Below are positions 10,028 through 19,027 of a stretch of 64,000 bases of DNA, piece after piece. The DNA is from Patescibacteria group bacterium. GTDB lineage: Bacteria; Patescibacteriota; Microgenomatia; UBA8517. Under the pieces are notes generated by a model. It was not told the DNA's origin and did not search any database. It worked only from the letters and a program-made list of their open reading frames with translations. The number at the start of each line of letters is the position of its first letter. Position 1 is the stretch's first letter. Both the position numbers and the translations under genes were made by a program. The stretch lies in NCBI GenBank assembly GCA_036835125.1, contig DAITMO010000001.1, forward strand, positions 127,508 through 191,507, given 5' to 3'.

Positions 10028-11070
10028 ATTAAAAATCCTCCTAAAAATAGGGCTACGCCTATCATTGTATATATCTTACTGGCAGTATTCAAATTAAGAG
10101 CCAAAAAACCCAGAAATGCTGTTATTGTCCAGTAAAAAATCGCAACTTGTGCTTTGGTTAATCCAATATCTAAAAGCTTATGGTGAAGATGTCCTCGGTC
10201 TCCCCATACAGGAGATTTGTGATTCAAAATTCTTCTAATTATTGTATATCCCGTATCAATCAAAGGAATTCCAAGAACAACAATTAAAGCTCCAACTTTT
10301 GCTGTTGCTAAAATTGAAAGAACAGCAAGTAAATATCCTGCCAGTGTACTTCCGGAATATCCCGGCATTATCTTTTGAGGAAATATATGCCAAGGAAGAA
10401 ATCCTAGGTATGCTCCTGCTGTAATTGCGGCCAATATTATTACTGGCCACTGAGTAATATCTGCAGAAAATCTGATTGAGAGGAATGCAATGGTTAAGGC
10501 AGCAATTACAGTTACTCCACTAAGTTGTCCATCAACACCTTTGGCACCCATGTTAACAATATTCATTAAGAATGTTATCCAGATAATTGCAAGAATGTCT
10601 GAAATGATCCACACACTGTGGGTTTTTCCAAATAAATCAAAACTGAATTGTAAATGGCTTAAATCTATTACTCCTCCAAATGGGTTGGTAATAAAGGAAA
10701 TACCAATCCCTGAAATAATCGGAGCTGCTGCAGCCAAAAGTCCGATTCCAAGCCTCAAGTATGGGTTTATATTGTATTTATCATCCAATACACCCATAAT
10801 AACCAGAATTGTAGCCCCAACCAGTATTCCTATTAAATGTTTGTCTAATGGTAAAAAAATAAGGCTCGCTATCAAAAGGGCTACAAAGATTGATATTCCT
10901 CCTCCTCGAGGAATTGGATAGGTGTGTATTACCTTTGGATGCTTATTTTTTTTAGGATCATCAATTATTCCAATTTTTTCAGCAAGTTTTATAACAAAAG
11001 GAGTAGCAACAAAAGCTATAACTGCCGAGACAATCCAAGGTATTAAAAAAATGTTTCTCAATTCATTCAT
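9979..11070 (-). CDS. glycosyltransferase family 4 (MraY/WecA-like polyprenyl-phosphate N-acetylhexosamine-1-phosphate transferase)
   Basis: Polytopic membrane protein with MraY/WecA motifs (LDDKYNINPYLRLG, NIVNMGAKGVDGQLSGV, NHKSPVWGDRGHLHHKLLDIG). Confidence 0.75.
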   Translation of the reverse strand: MNELRNIFLIPWIVSAVIAFVATPFVIKLAEKIGIIDDPKKNKHPKVIHTYPIPRGGGISIFVALLIASLIFLPLDKHLIGILVGATILVIMGVLDDKYNINPYLRLGIGLLAAAAPIISGIGISFITNPFGGVIDLSHLQFSFDLFGKTHSVWIISDILAIIWITFLMNIVNMGAKGVDGQLSGVTVIAALTIAFLSIRFSADITQWPVIILAAITAGAYLGFLPWHIFPQKIMPGYSGSTLAGYLLAVLSILATAKVGALIVVLGIPLIDTGYTIIRRILNHKSPVWGDRGHLHHKLLDIGLTKAQVAIFYWTITAFLGFLALNLNTASKIYTMIGVALFLGGFLIWLTLKLKKDKQKDSI

Positions 11071-11072
11071 TA

Positions 11073-11408
11073 TTAGAAAAAACCAACAAGCAAAATTATT
11101 TTAATCACAGTGATAACTGCCATGAATGATACAACAAAAGATGATATAGAAAGTATTTTTTTGATGAATTCATCTGTTAATTTATTGCTTATGATAAAGT
11201 TAAGAATTGAGATAAGAAAAGAAATAATGGGTACTATAAGAAGAAAAAGATTTGATGCGAGCTGATCATTACCTACAGGTTTGCCATAGAACAAAGGTAC
11301 GACTGGTGGCAAAAAAACTTTTGTACCCAAAATTGAAATAACCGTTATAAGATTTAATACAAAGGCTGCTATATAATATCCTCGAAGTACAGTGTTTTTT
11401 AAGATCAT
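11073..11408 (-). CDS. small integral membrane protein (3-4 TM), unknown
   Basis: 111 aa, hydrophobic throughout. Its stop abuts the GT4 start, suggesting an operon. Confidence 0.4.
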   Translation of the reverse strand: MILKNTVLRGYYIAAFVLNLITVISILGTKVFLPPVVPLFYGKPVGNDQLASNLFLLIVPIISFLISILNFIISNKLTDEFIKKILSISSFVVSFMAVITVIKIILLVGFF

Positions 11409-11438
11409 TTTTTAGTTAAGGCTTATATTGTACGATAT

Positions 11439-12947
11439 CTACTTTTTGAGGGCAAAGTCAATTCTGGAATATATATAAGTATTACCAATCTGATTAATTA
11501 ATAAATATCTATTTTTAACCAAAGAACTAAGCTCAGGATATGGATAAGAGTTGTTTAGTATTATAAATTTTGGTGGGTTACTTTCAATATTTTTTGCTTC
11601 AATTTCTCTAGTTGAGTAGTCAAAAACATGATAGGGAACGGTGTATCTAATAGGGGGCATGCGTTTGGAAAGGGAATATACTGCTGCTGAATCAGGATCC
11701 CACATAAAAACACGGTCATCCGGCATACTGGATTTTGTTAGAAAGTCAGCAATTTGATAATTTCTGTCTGTAGTGGAAGAAAATCCATTTAAATATACAG
11801 GTTTTGAGTCCATCCCTACCACAAACCTGACAAATCTAGTGTAGTAGGGAATTGTTGGATAAAGCCAGAATTTATAATAAAAAGGAACAAAGAAAGTAAG
11901 AGTAAGTGGTAAAACCACTAAAGGCTGTTCAAAACTTTTTTCTGTTAACAAAATTGTTACTAGAATAGATAGAGGAGGGACAATCTGAATAAGATAATGA
12001 GGATATGGACGTTCAGACAAGGTAATTGCAAAAAGAGAGAAAAGAGTCCAGAGAGATAAAAGAATAAATTTCTTTGACAGTCTTTTTCTGAATATAAAGA
12101 GAATTGTGGATCCAATAAAGACAATACCGGCTCTAATTAGGAGTGGTGTATTTCTAACTAAGAATGACTTTTGAACATCTCCTGGTCGGTAACTACTTAT
12201 ATACCCCACATTTTCAAGGAAAGCAGCCTTAATATATTCAGGAAGAGCACCACGAATGAAATACCAAATAAAAGTTATAATTATTGGAGAAGCAAATCCA
12301 AGTCCTAATATTAATGTGTTTTTGATTATTTCCCTCCAACTTTTAAATCCAAGAGTGATTATCCAGTAGATTACGATAATCGGAGCGTCAAACGCGGCAG
12401 GAATTTTAAAAAGAGCACCAATTCCAAGAAGTACTCCTGCTAAATATATATTTTTACCCTTCAAACCATCTCTAAGAAGTATGAGAAGGGCTCCAATTGT
12501 AAAGACAATCATAAATAGTTCAGAATTTACTGTTAGCCCTTCAAGCAGTGGAAGGGTTGTAAGAAGGGCAAAAATTGTAGTTGAAATGACTTGTCCCTTT
12601 TTGTTTTTATCAAGAATTTTGATCGTAAGTTTATAAAAAAGAAATATTGTAACAATACTTGCAAATGCAAGAATAACCTTAAACCAAAAAAGACTTCCTG
12701 CTACCATTGCAGTTATGTAGAGAAGTGGAGGCTTGTTGTCGTGAATATCTTTATATAAAGTTAATCCTTGACGTGCACCTTCTCCTAAAGTCATATATAT
12801 CATTTCATCTCCGTAATAATATGGTTCAAAAAAAGAGGGGACTCTCAAAAGAAAAACCAATGACATAACTATCAAAAGCCAAGTGGGAATATCTGGAAGA
12901 TGAAGAAAATCTCCAATCCTATGAAGTCGATTCCAAAAGGATTTCAT
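11439..12947 (-). CDS. GT-C fold glycosyltransferase (ArnT/PMT/GT39-83-like, polyprenyl-phosphate-sugar dependent)
   Basis: 502 aa with about 11 TM segments. An N-terminal loop carries YYYGDEMIYMTLGEGARQGLTLYKDIHDNKPPLLY, a DE-type motif in the first periplasmic loop as in ArnT/PMT. Confidence 0.6.
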   Translation of the reverse strand: MKSFWNRLHRIGDFLHLPDIPTWLLIVMSLVFLLRVPSFFEPYYYGDEMIYMTLGEGARQGLTLYKDIHDNKPPLLYITAMVAGSLFWFKVILAFASIVTIFLFYKLTIKILDKNKKGQVISTTIFALLTTLPLLEGLTVNSELFMIVFTIGALLILLRDGLKGKNIYLAGVLLGIGALFKIPAAFDAPIIVIYWIITLGFKSWREIIKNTLILGLGFASPIIITFIWYFIRGALPEYIKAAFLENVGYISSYRPGDVQKSFLVRNTPLLIRAGIVFIGSTILFIFRKRLSKKFILLSLWTLFSLFAITLSERPYPHYLIQIVPPLSILVTILLTEKSFEQPLVVLPLTLTFFVPFYYKFWLYPTIPYYTRFVRFVVGMDSKPVYLNGFSSTTDRNYQIADFLTKSSMPDDRVFMWDPDSAAVYSLSKRMPPIRYTVPYHVFDYSTREIEAKNIESNPPKFIILNNSYPYPELSSLVKNRYLLINQIGNTYIYSRIDFALKK

Positions 12948-12979
12948 ATTACATTCAGTTTAAAGTATAATCAACCTAT

Positions 12980-13927
12980 ATGCAAAACGTTTTGGTGACA
13001 GGGGGAGCGGGTTTTATTGGAAGTCATTTATGTGATCGTCTAATAGAAGACGGCTACAAAGTAATTTGTCTAGATAATCTTTTAACGGGAAGTAGGGATA
13101 ATATAAAACAGCTATTAGATAACCCAAATTTCAGGTTTATTGAAGCAGATACAACTAATTCATTAGAAGATAGGGAAGAACTTTTAGAGCTTGATTACAT
13201 ATTTCATCTTGCTTCTCCCGCTTCTCCTGTTGATTTTAAAAATTACTCAGAAGAAATACTTCTTACCAATTCTTTGGGGACTTTAAATATACTCAGACTT
13301 GCAAAGAAAACTGGAGCAAGACTTTTAGACGCTTCTACATCTGAAGCTTATGGGGATCCATTAGAACATCCTCAAAAAGAAACATATTTTGGTAATGTAA
13401 ACACCTTTGGTCCAAGAAGTTGTTATGACGAAAGTAAAAGATTTGGAGAAACAGCAACTTATGTTTATCTGAAAAAATATAACATTGATGCTAGAGTAAT
13501 TAGAATTTTTAATACTTATGGTCCAAGGATGCAGAAAGATGACGGAAGGGTTGTTTCAAACTTTATATTGGCTGCCTTAAAAAGGGAACCTTTTAAAATT
13601 GATGGGGACGGATCTCAGACTCGATCCTTTTGTTATGTAGATGATCTTGTAGATGGAATTATGAAAGTAATGTTTAGTGAGAATACGCGGGGAGAGATAT
13701 ATAACCTTGGAAATCCTGGAGAGTTTACAATAAAAGAATTAGCAGAACTTGTTAATAAACTAACTGGTGCAAATTCTGAAATGGAATTTTCAGGAACTTT
13801 TCGCGAAAACGATCCTATGAAAAGACGTCCCGATATTTCAAAAGTGAAAGAGGTAACGGGCTGGGAACCAAAAGTTAGTTTAGAGGAAGGGCTTCAAAAG
13901 ACGATTGAGTTCTACAAAAATAACTAA
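12980..13927 (+). CDS. UDP-glucuronate decarboxylase (UDP-xylose synthase)/NAD-dependent epimerase-dehydratase
   Basis: Rossmann motif VLVTGGAGFIGSHL and catalytic YxxxK (RSCYDESKRFGE). Overall similarity to the UXS/ArnA decarboxylase family. Confidence 0.75.
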   Translation: MQNVLVTGGAGFIGSHLCDRLIEDGYKVICLDNLLTGSRDNIKQLLDNPNFRFIEADTTNSLEDREELLELDYIFHLASPASPVDFKNYSEEILLTNSLGTLNILRLAKKTGARLLDASTSEAYGDPLEHPQKETYFGNVNTFGPRSCYDESKRFGETATYVYLKKYNIDARVIRIFNTYGPRMQKDDGRVVSNFILAALKREPFKIDGDGSQTRSFCYVDDLVDGIMKVMFSENTRGEIYNLGNPGEFTIKELAELVNKLTGANSEMEFSGTFRENDPMKRRPDISKVKEVTGWEPKVSLEEGLQKTIEFYKNN

Positions 13928-15414
13928 ACCTTTTCAGTAACTTTATACTCCATATATTTTCCAAGCATAAGCCTTGTGTGGGCGTCTAACCCAGGAACTG
14001 CAGAAAGAAAGAATCCAACTACTGGCATTAATATAAATTCAAATGGGGTAAGAATAAATCTAAAGAAAGAAAAATGTTTTGGTCTTTTTGGTTTTTGAAT
14101 GTTATCAATCACTATTGTGACCAAAAGAAATGCAAGTGAGATTGTGAGAATGAAAGATGAAAGCTTGGGAACAGTATAACCAAGTGCGGTTCTTGCAAAA
14201 ACGGGGTTAAGAAGAGAGGGGATGGAAAGCCCGATTGTAATAGTAAACCAGTTAACAGGCCAAAGAAAATGAGACCATATAGCCTGAATAAGCCTCATTG
14301 TTTTATCCCAAAAAGGAATATCTCGTGTCAAAAAGTAGCTTTTTATAATCCATGGATCATCACTCACGCCCCACGCCCAGCGTTTAATTTGTTGATATTG
14401 ATTTCCTAGTGTTTTCCAGAATGTTGTTGATTGAGCAGCGTCTGCCCAAAGAGGTAGGAATATCGGTTCAACTTCGACATTTCCTCCTGATTTATAAAAA
14501 GACTTAAAAAATATTCCCCAATCTTCAGGAATTTTGTCTGCATCCCAATAGCCAACAGAATCAAGAAGTTTAAAGGAAAGTGAATAGTTTTGGGCATTAA
14601 TAAGTCTATCTCTTCTTGGGAGTTGGGAAAGATTATAAATACTCATAAGAGTATTAAGAACACGGGTTATTGCTGGTATCTCCCAAATGTTGTTATAAAA
14701 CATGACTGATGCCTGCCAGAACTTCTTGTAGCGATTTGGATCATCCAAAAATTTGTAGGTAAGACATGCATAGTGGTTTGGGTGGAATTTATGATCTGCA
14801 TCACAAGAAGTGACTGTAAAATAATCAATATTTAACTTATTTTTTTCAATGTAATTTTCTTTTACCCAGATAGCTGCATATTTTTCATTTGATGATTTCC
14901 CAACTGCTTCACCGGGTTGTAATTCGTGGACCGTCACAAAAAACTTTCCAAATTTTCTTTTATACTTTTCTTCCAAGACTTTAACCTTAGCAAGACGATC
15001 GGTCTCAGGTTCATTTTTTTCCATTGCAAGAACAGGAATTATCTGTTTGGTTGGAAGGGTTTGAGAAGCCAAAGAATCAAATGTTCGTTCAAGAATATAG
15101 AGAGGTTCTTTGTAAGTTGGGATAATTACAACATGTCTAACTTCTTGGTAGTCTGGAAATCCTTTAACATCTCCCATCCAATCATATATCTTTGCAGCCT
15201 GGATTCTTGTATGGGATATTATTGAAGAGACAGCAATCTGCATAGATTGGATTAACCAGTAAACATTGAATGCCAAAATCATATATGCAATAAATTCTGG
15301 AAAAACAAAAATTCCCCAATAGGGAAGAAGTATAAAGTTCCATGACATAAAGCCAGGAAGAATCTCAAGAATTCTCTGAACCTGTTTATCATGTTTTTCT
15401 ATAAATTTACGCAT
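13924..15414 (-). CDS. membrane-bound family 2 glycosyltransferase
   Basis: GT2 motifs (VVIIPTYKEP, TSCDADHKF, QIKRWAWGVSD) plus N- and C-terminal TM segments. Confidence 0.65.
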   Translation of the reverse strand: MRKFIEKHDKQVQRILEILPGFMSWNFILLPYWGIFVFPEFIAYMILAFNVYWLIQSMQIAVSSIISHTRIQAAKIYDWMGDVKGFPDYQEVRHVVIIPTYKEPLYILERTFDSLASQTLPTKQIIPVLAMEKNEPETDRLAKVKVLEEKYKRKFGKFFVTVHELQPGEAVGKSSNEKYAAIWVKENYIEKNKLNIDYFTVTSCDADHKFHPNHYACLTYKFLDDPNRYKKFWQASVMFYNNIWEIPAITRVLNTLMSIYNLSQLPRRDRLINAQNYSLSFKLLDSVGYWDADKIPEDWGIFFKSFYKSGGNVEVEPIFLPLWADAAQSTTFWKTLGNQYQQIKRWAWGVSDDPWIIKSYFLTRDIPFWDKTMRLIQAIWSHFLWPVNWFTITIGLSIPSLLNPVFARTALGYTVPKLSSFILTISLAFLLVTIVIDNIQKPKRPKHFSFFRFILTPFEFILMPVVGFFLSAVPGLDAHTRLMLGKYMEYKVTEKV

Positions 15415-15416
15415 AT

Positions 15417-16850
15417 TTAGCTAAGACGAGGAAATAAGGGATCACTAGATTTAATTTCAGGACCAGTAAATTGTTTTTCAATTTTCTCGGCAGTCTTTGG
15501 AAGGAATGGTTTAACAATATCAGCAATACCCAAAATTCTTTTGACATATTTGTTAAGATATCCAGACCTTTCTTCTTTTGTCTTATTCCAAGGTTCGTAA
15601 GTGGTTATATCCTGGTCAAGTTTTTTAATTTCTCTCCAAATTTCCTCTAGGGCAATCGAAAACTCATATTTTTCAATATTTATAAAGTAAGCTCCCAGTA
15701 GCTGTTTCAAATTTTCTAAATCAGATGAATAATTTTTGATTCCTTCTATACTATCCATCTCGCAGAGTTTTGCGACTCTTGCCACTAGGTTTCCGATCCC
15801 ATTAGCGAGATCTGCGTTATATTTTGTATCAAAATCTTTGAGAGAGATATCTCCATCTGAGCCAAAAGATACAGCTGAAATAAGTAAATATCTTGCTCCG
15901 TCAACTCCATATCTATCAACAAGTTGTTTTGGAGTAATTACATTGCCCAAAGATTTTGACATCTTCTGTCCATCAATTGTAAAGAAACCATGTGCATATA
16001 TAGTTTTAGGTAAAGGTAAATCTGCAGCAAATAAAAGTGCCTGCCAAATAACAGCATGAAACCATAAAATATCTTTAGCCATTAGGTGTAAATCAGCTGG
16101 CCAAAAATCTTTTTTACCTTCTAGAAATTGTGTCGCAGAGTAATAGTTCATTAAAGCTTCTACCCAGACATAGATAGTTTGACTTTTATCCCAAGGTACA
16201 GGAATTCCCCAGGAAACACCTTCTCGAGAAACTGAAACATCCTCAATTCCTTGTTCAATGCGAGAAAGAATCTCATTTTTCCTGAACTCTGGCAATATTT
16301 GATACTCCCCAGATTTTATTGCTGGCAACACTTTTTCTTCAACCAGCTCTTTAAGTTTTAAGAAATAATTTTTTTCTTTTTGATGGGATATTTCTTTATT
16401 GGGGTGCAGAGGACAGCGATTGTCTACTAATTCTGACTCTTTGTAAAATCTCTCACAACCTATACAGTATGGACCTTCATAAGTTCCTTCATAAATATAA
16501 CCGTTATCATAAATTTTTTGTAAAAGATCACTAGCCACTTTTTCGTGTTTAAGGTCTGTGGTTCTAATGAAATAGTCATAATTTATATTCAAAAGTTTCC
16601 ATGCTTCTTTGAATTTTGGAACAATAGAGTCCGCGAATTCTATTGGTGTTAGATTATTTTCTTTTGCGGATTGGGCAATTTTTTGACCATGCTCATCTGT
16701 CCCGGTTAAAAAAAATACATTTTTATCTCCGAGTTTTAATCGATAGTAACGACTAATAATATCTGCAGCCAAAGTAGTATAAGCACTACCTACATGTGGC
16801 GCATCATTAACATAATAAATTGGTGTGGTCACATAAAATTTCTTGTCCAT
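15417..16850 (-). CDS. metG: methionine--tRNA ligase (short form)
   Basis: HIGH-like motif (PIYYVNDAPHVGSAYTT), KMSKS (KMSKSLGNVI) and a CxxC Zn knuckle (CIGCERF...CPLH). Confidence 0.92.
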   Translation of the reverse strand: MDKKFYVTTPIYYVNDAPHVGSAYTTLAADIISRYYRLKLGDKNVFFLTGTDEHGQKIAQSAKENNLTPIEFADSIVPKFKEAWKLLNINYDYFIRTTDLKHEKVASDLLQKIYDNGYIYEGTYEGPYCIGCERFYKESELVDNRCPLHPNKEISHQKEKNYFLKLKELVEEKVLPAIKSGEYQILPEFRKNEILSRIEQGIEDVSVSREGVSWGIPVPWDKSQTIYVWVEALMNYYSATQFLEGKKDFWPADLHLMAKDILWFHAVIWQALLFAADLPLPKTIYAHGFFTIDGQKMSKSLGNVITPKQLVDRYGVDGARYLLISAVSFGSDGDISLKDFDTKYNADLANGIGNLVARVAKLCEMDSIEGIKNYSSDLENLKQLLGAYFINIEKYEFSIALEEIWREIKKLDQDITTYEPWNKTKEERSGYLNKYVKRILGIADIVKPFLPKTAEKIEKQFTGPEIKSSDPLFPRLS

Positions 16851-16883
16851 ACACGTATTGTACAGCGTGATGGGGGTTTGAAG

Positions 16884-17342
16884 CTACTCGATAACAAAAT
16901 CCGAATAATCATGAATGATTATTTTTTCTTGAGATGCAATTCTGTTTTCATGACTCGCTCCCATAGATTTTTCCCAACGAGGGGTTCTTATAAGATCGGT
17001 TATTAAACCACTTTTAAGAATATCTTCCCAAAAATTTAAGTAATCTTGATTAACGGCACCATTTGAATCAAATCTTTTAAATAATTTTTGGTTAAAAATG
17101 TCTGCTGCCGAAAAAACTATTCCGTCAATCACCTCTCCAGCTTTTTGCGACCTCTGTTTTAATAACTGAAGATTTTTATCAACATGTTCAGGTCCATCTG
17201 ATGTAACTGTTCCAATTAAATAGTAAATCTTTAAATTTGGAGCTTTTTCCTTTGTATATTTAAGTGCTCTTAGAAAGTTTAATTCAGCTTCCATTAAACT
17301 GTTTGATTCAGAAATACTTGTAGTAAGAAATTCTTTATTCAT
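16884..17342 (-). CDS. hypothetical protein
   Basis: 152-aa ORF with a 4-nt overlap to the next gene. No family recognised. Confidence 0.35.
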   Translation of the reverse strand: MNKEFLTTSISESNSLMEAELNFLRALKYTKEKAPNLKIYYLIGTVTSDGPEHVDKNLQLLKQRSQKAGEVIDGIVFSAADIFNQKLFKRFDSNGAVNQDYLNFWEDILKSGLITDLIRTPRWEKSMGASHENRIASQEKIIIHDYSDFVIE

Positions 17343-17674
17343 TTTGATACTCTAAACTTTTTTATCTTTTCAACCCACTTATTTGCCCATTCTTCTGCCT
17401 CAATCTTCTTGATTGCAAGTCTAGTTCCTTCTTTTTTTAATATCTCATGAGCCATCTTTATTTCTTTTTCAGAAGCAAGAAGGTTTCTTTTAATATTTTC
17501 TTCATCTCTACCTTTCTTTATCCAGTAGACGATAGAAATTCTTTTAATATATTTCTCTAGCTCTTCATCGTCAAAGAAATCTTTCAAAAATAGTTCAATT
17601 TCTTTTTTGTCTTTCAAATCCTCAACCATTTGAACAAAAGTATGAAGAAGACCTCTTTTAAGTGATGGATTCAT
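17339..17674 (-). CDS. hypothetical small basic protein (possibly TrpR/YerC-like HTH)
   Basis: 111 aa, Lys/Glu-rich. Weak resemblance to the YerC/YecD family. Confidence 0.3.
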   Translation of the reverse strand: MNPSLKRGLLHTFVQMVEDLKDKKEIELFLKDFFDDEELEKYIKRISIVYWIKKGRDEENIKRNLLASEKEIKMAHEILKKEGTRLAIKKIEAEEWANKWVEKIKKFRVSK

Positions 17675-18012
17675 TTCAAGGTGAAATATAGCTCTATACA
17701 GGAGGCAATTGCAAGTACTAGAACAAGATTAAGCCAATTTCCAACTCCAAGATACATTAGGGTCAGAAAAATAGATAAAGCTAAAGAGGCGAGAAGACCC
17801 CTTCTGGAGCTTGCAAAAATAAGCGAAAAAGTAAAAAGGAGTGCAACAAATACTGTAATAAAAAAAAGTGGAATAACACCAAAAGTCCCAGGATCAACAA
17901 AATAGATTAGAGCTCCCAAAAGAATCCAAAAAAGAATGGTTAAAAGAAGAGTTGGTAAAAAATTCTTTCTCTTTAAAACCTGCTGTTTTCTTATGGTAGA
18001 ATGACTTGTCAT
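17671..18012 (-). CDS. small membrane protein (3 TM)
   Basis: Hydrophobic 113 aa. Confidence 0.4.
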   Translation of the reverse strand: MTSHSTIRKQQVLKRKNFLPTLLLTILFWILLGALIYFVDPGTFGVIPLFFITVFVALLFTFSLIFASSRRGLLASLALSIFLTLMYLGVGNWLNLVLVLAIASCIELYFTLK

Positions 18013-19006
18013 GGACCCAATAGTAATTCTAATTATAGTATTAGCGGCATTAGTAGTCTTGGCTATTTTTATAAATAGAAAATTATCTGATTTAAAAGAT
18101 TCTCAAAAACCTTCAGAAGAGCTTTTAGAAGTAATTAAAATGCTTCAAACAGGAAGCAAGGAAGATAGACGAGTACTTTTGAACTCTCTTCAACAAAATA
18201 CCCAGGCAATGAATGAAAGGCTTGATAGTGCAGCCCGTGTTATTTCCCAAGTACAAAAGAACATTGGAGAATTTTCCGAAATTGGGAGAGGAATGAAAGA
18301 TTTGCAAGACTTTTTAAGAAGTCCCAAAGTTCGCGGAAACATCGGTGAACAAGTTTTAAAAGAAATGCTTGGGCAGTTTCTACCAAAAGAGTCATTTAAT
18401 CTTCAATACACATTTAAAAGTGGCGAGAAGGTGGATGCCGCAATTAAAACTGCAGGAGGTATTATTCCGGTTGATTCCAAGTTCCCAATGGAAAACTTTA
18501 GAAAGATGACAAATGCAGGAACTGACGCAGAAAAGAAAATTTTTGAAAGGGAGTTTGTTAAAGATGTTAAAAAACACATTGATGATATAGGGAAAAAATA
18601 TATTTTGACAGAGGAAGGAACCATCGATTATGCCTTAATGTATATTCCATCAGAAGGTGTCTATTATGAGGTTGTAAACAACCAGGATCTTTTTGATTAT
18701 TCACAAGGTAAAAGGGTTCTCCCTGTCTCCCCAACAACTTTCTATGCATACCTAAGAGCAATACTCATGAGTTTTGAAGGACAAAAAATAGAAAGTAGAG
18801 CCAAAGAAATCCTGGCATCTCTTCGTGCAATCCAAAAAGATTATGAAAAAACAGAAGAGAACTTAGGAATACTTCAAAAACATTTAACAAACGCATTCAA
18901 CATGATGAGCAATGTGTTTACAAGTTTTGGAACATTAGGACAAAAAATAACAGGAGCGGGAAAGTTGGGGAGTGGTATGAAAAAAGAAGCAAAGGAGTTG
19001 GAATAA
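18011..19006 (+). CDS. rmuC: DNA recombination protein RmuC
   Basis: N-terminal TM followed by a coiled coil. RmuC core: FNLQYTFKSGEKVDAAIKTAGGIIPVDSKFPMENF and YALMYIPSEGVYYE. Confidence 0.75.
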   Translation: MDPIVILIIVLAALVVLAIFINRKLSDLKDSQKPSEELLEVIKMLQTGSKEDRRVLLNSLQQNTQAMNERLDSAARVISQVQKNIGEFSEIGRGMKDLQDFLRSPKVRGNIGEQVLKEMLGQFLPKESFNLQYTFKSGEKVDAAIKTAGGIIPVDSKFPMENFRKMTNAGTDAEKKIFEREFVKDVKKHIDDIGKKYILTEEGTIDYALMYIPSEGVYYEVVNNQDLFDYSQGKRVLPVSPTTFYAYLRAILMSFEGQKIESRAKEILASLRAIQKDYEKTEENLGILQKHLTNAFNMMSNVFTSFGTLGQKITGAGKLGSGMKKEAKELE

Positions 19007-19027
19007 TTTTCGTGATACAATCCACTT

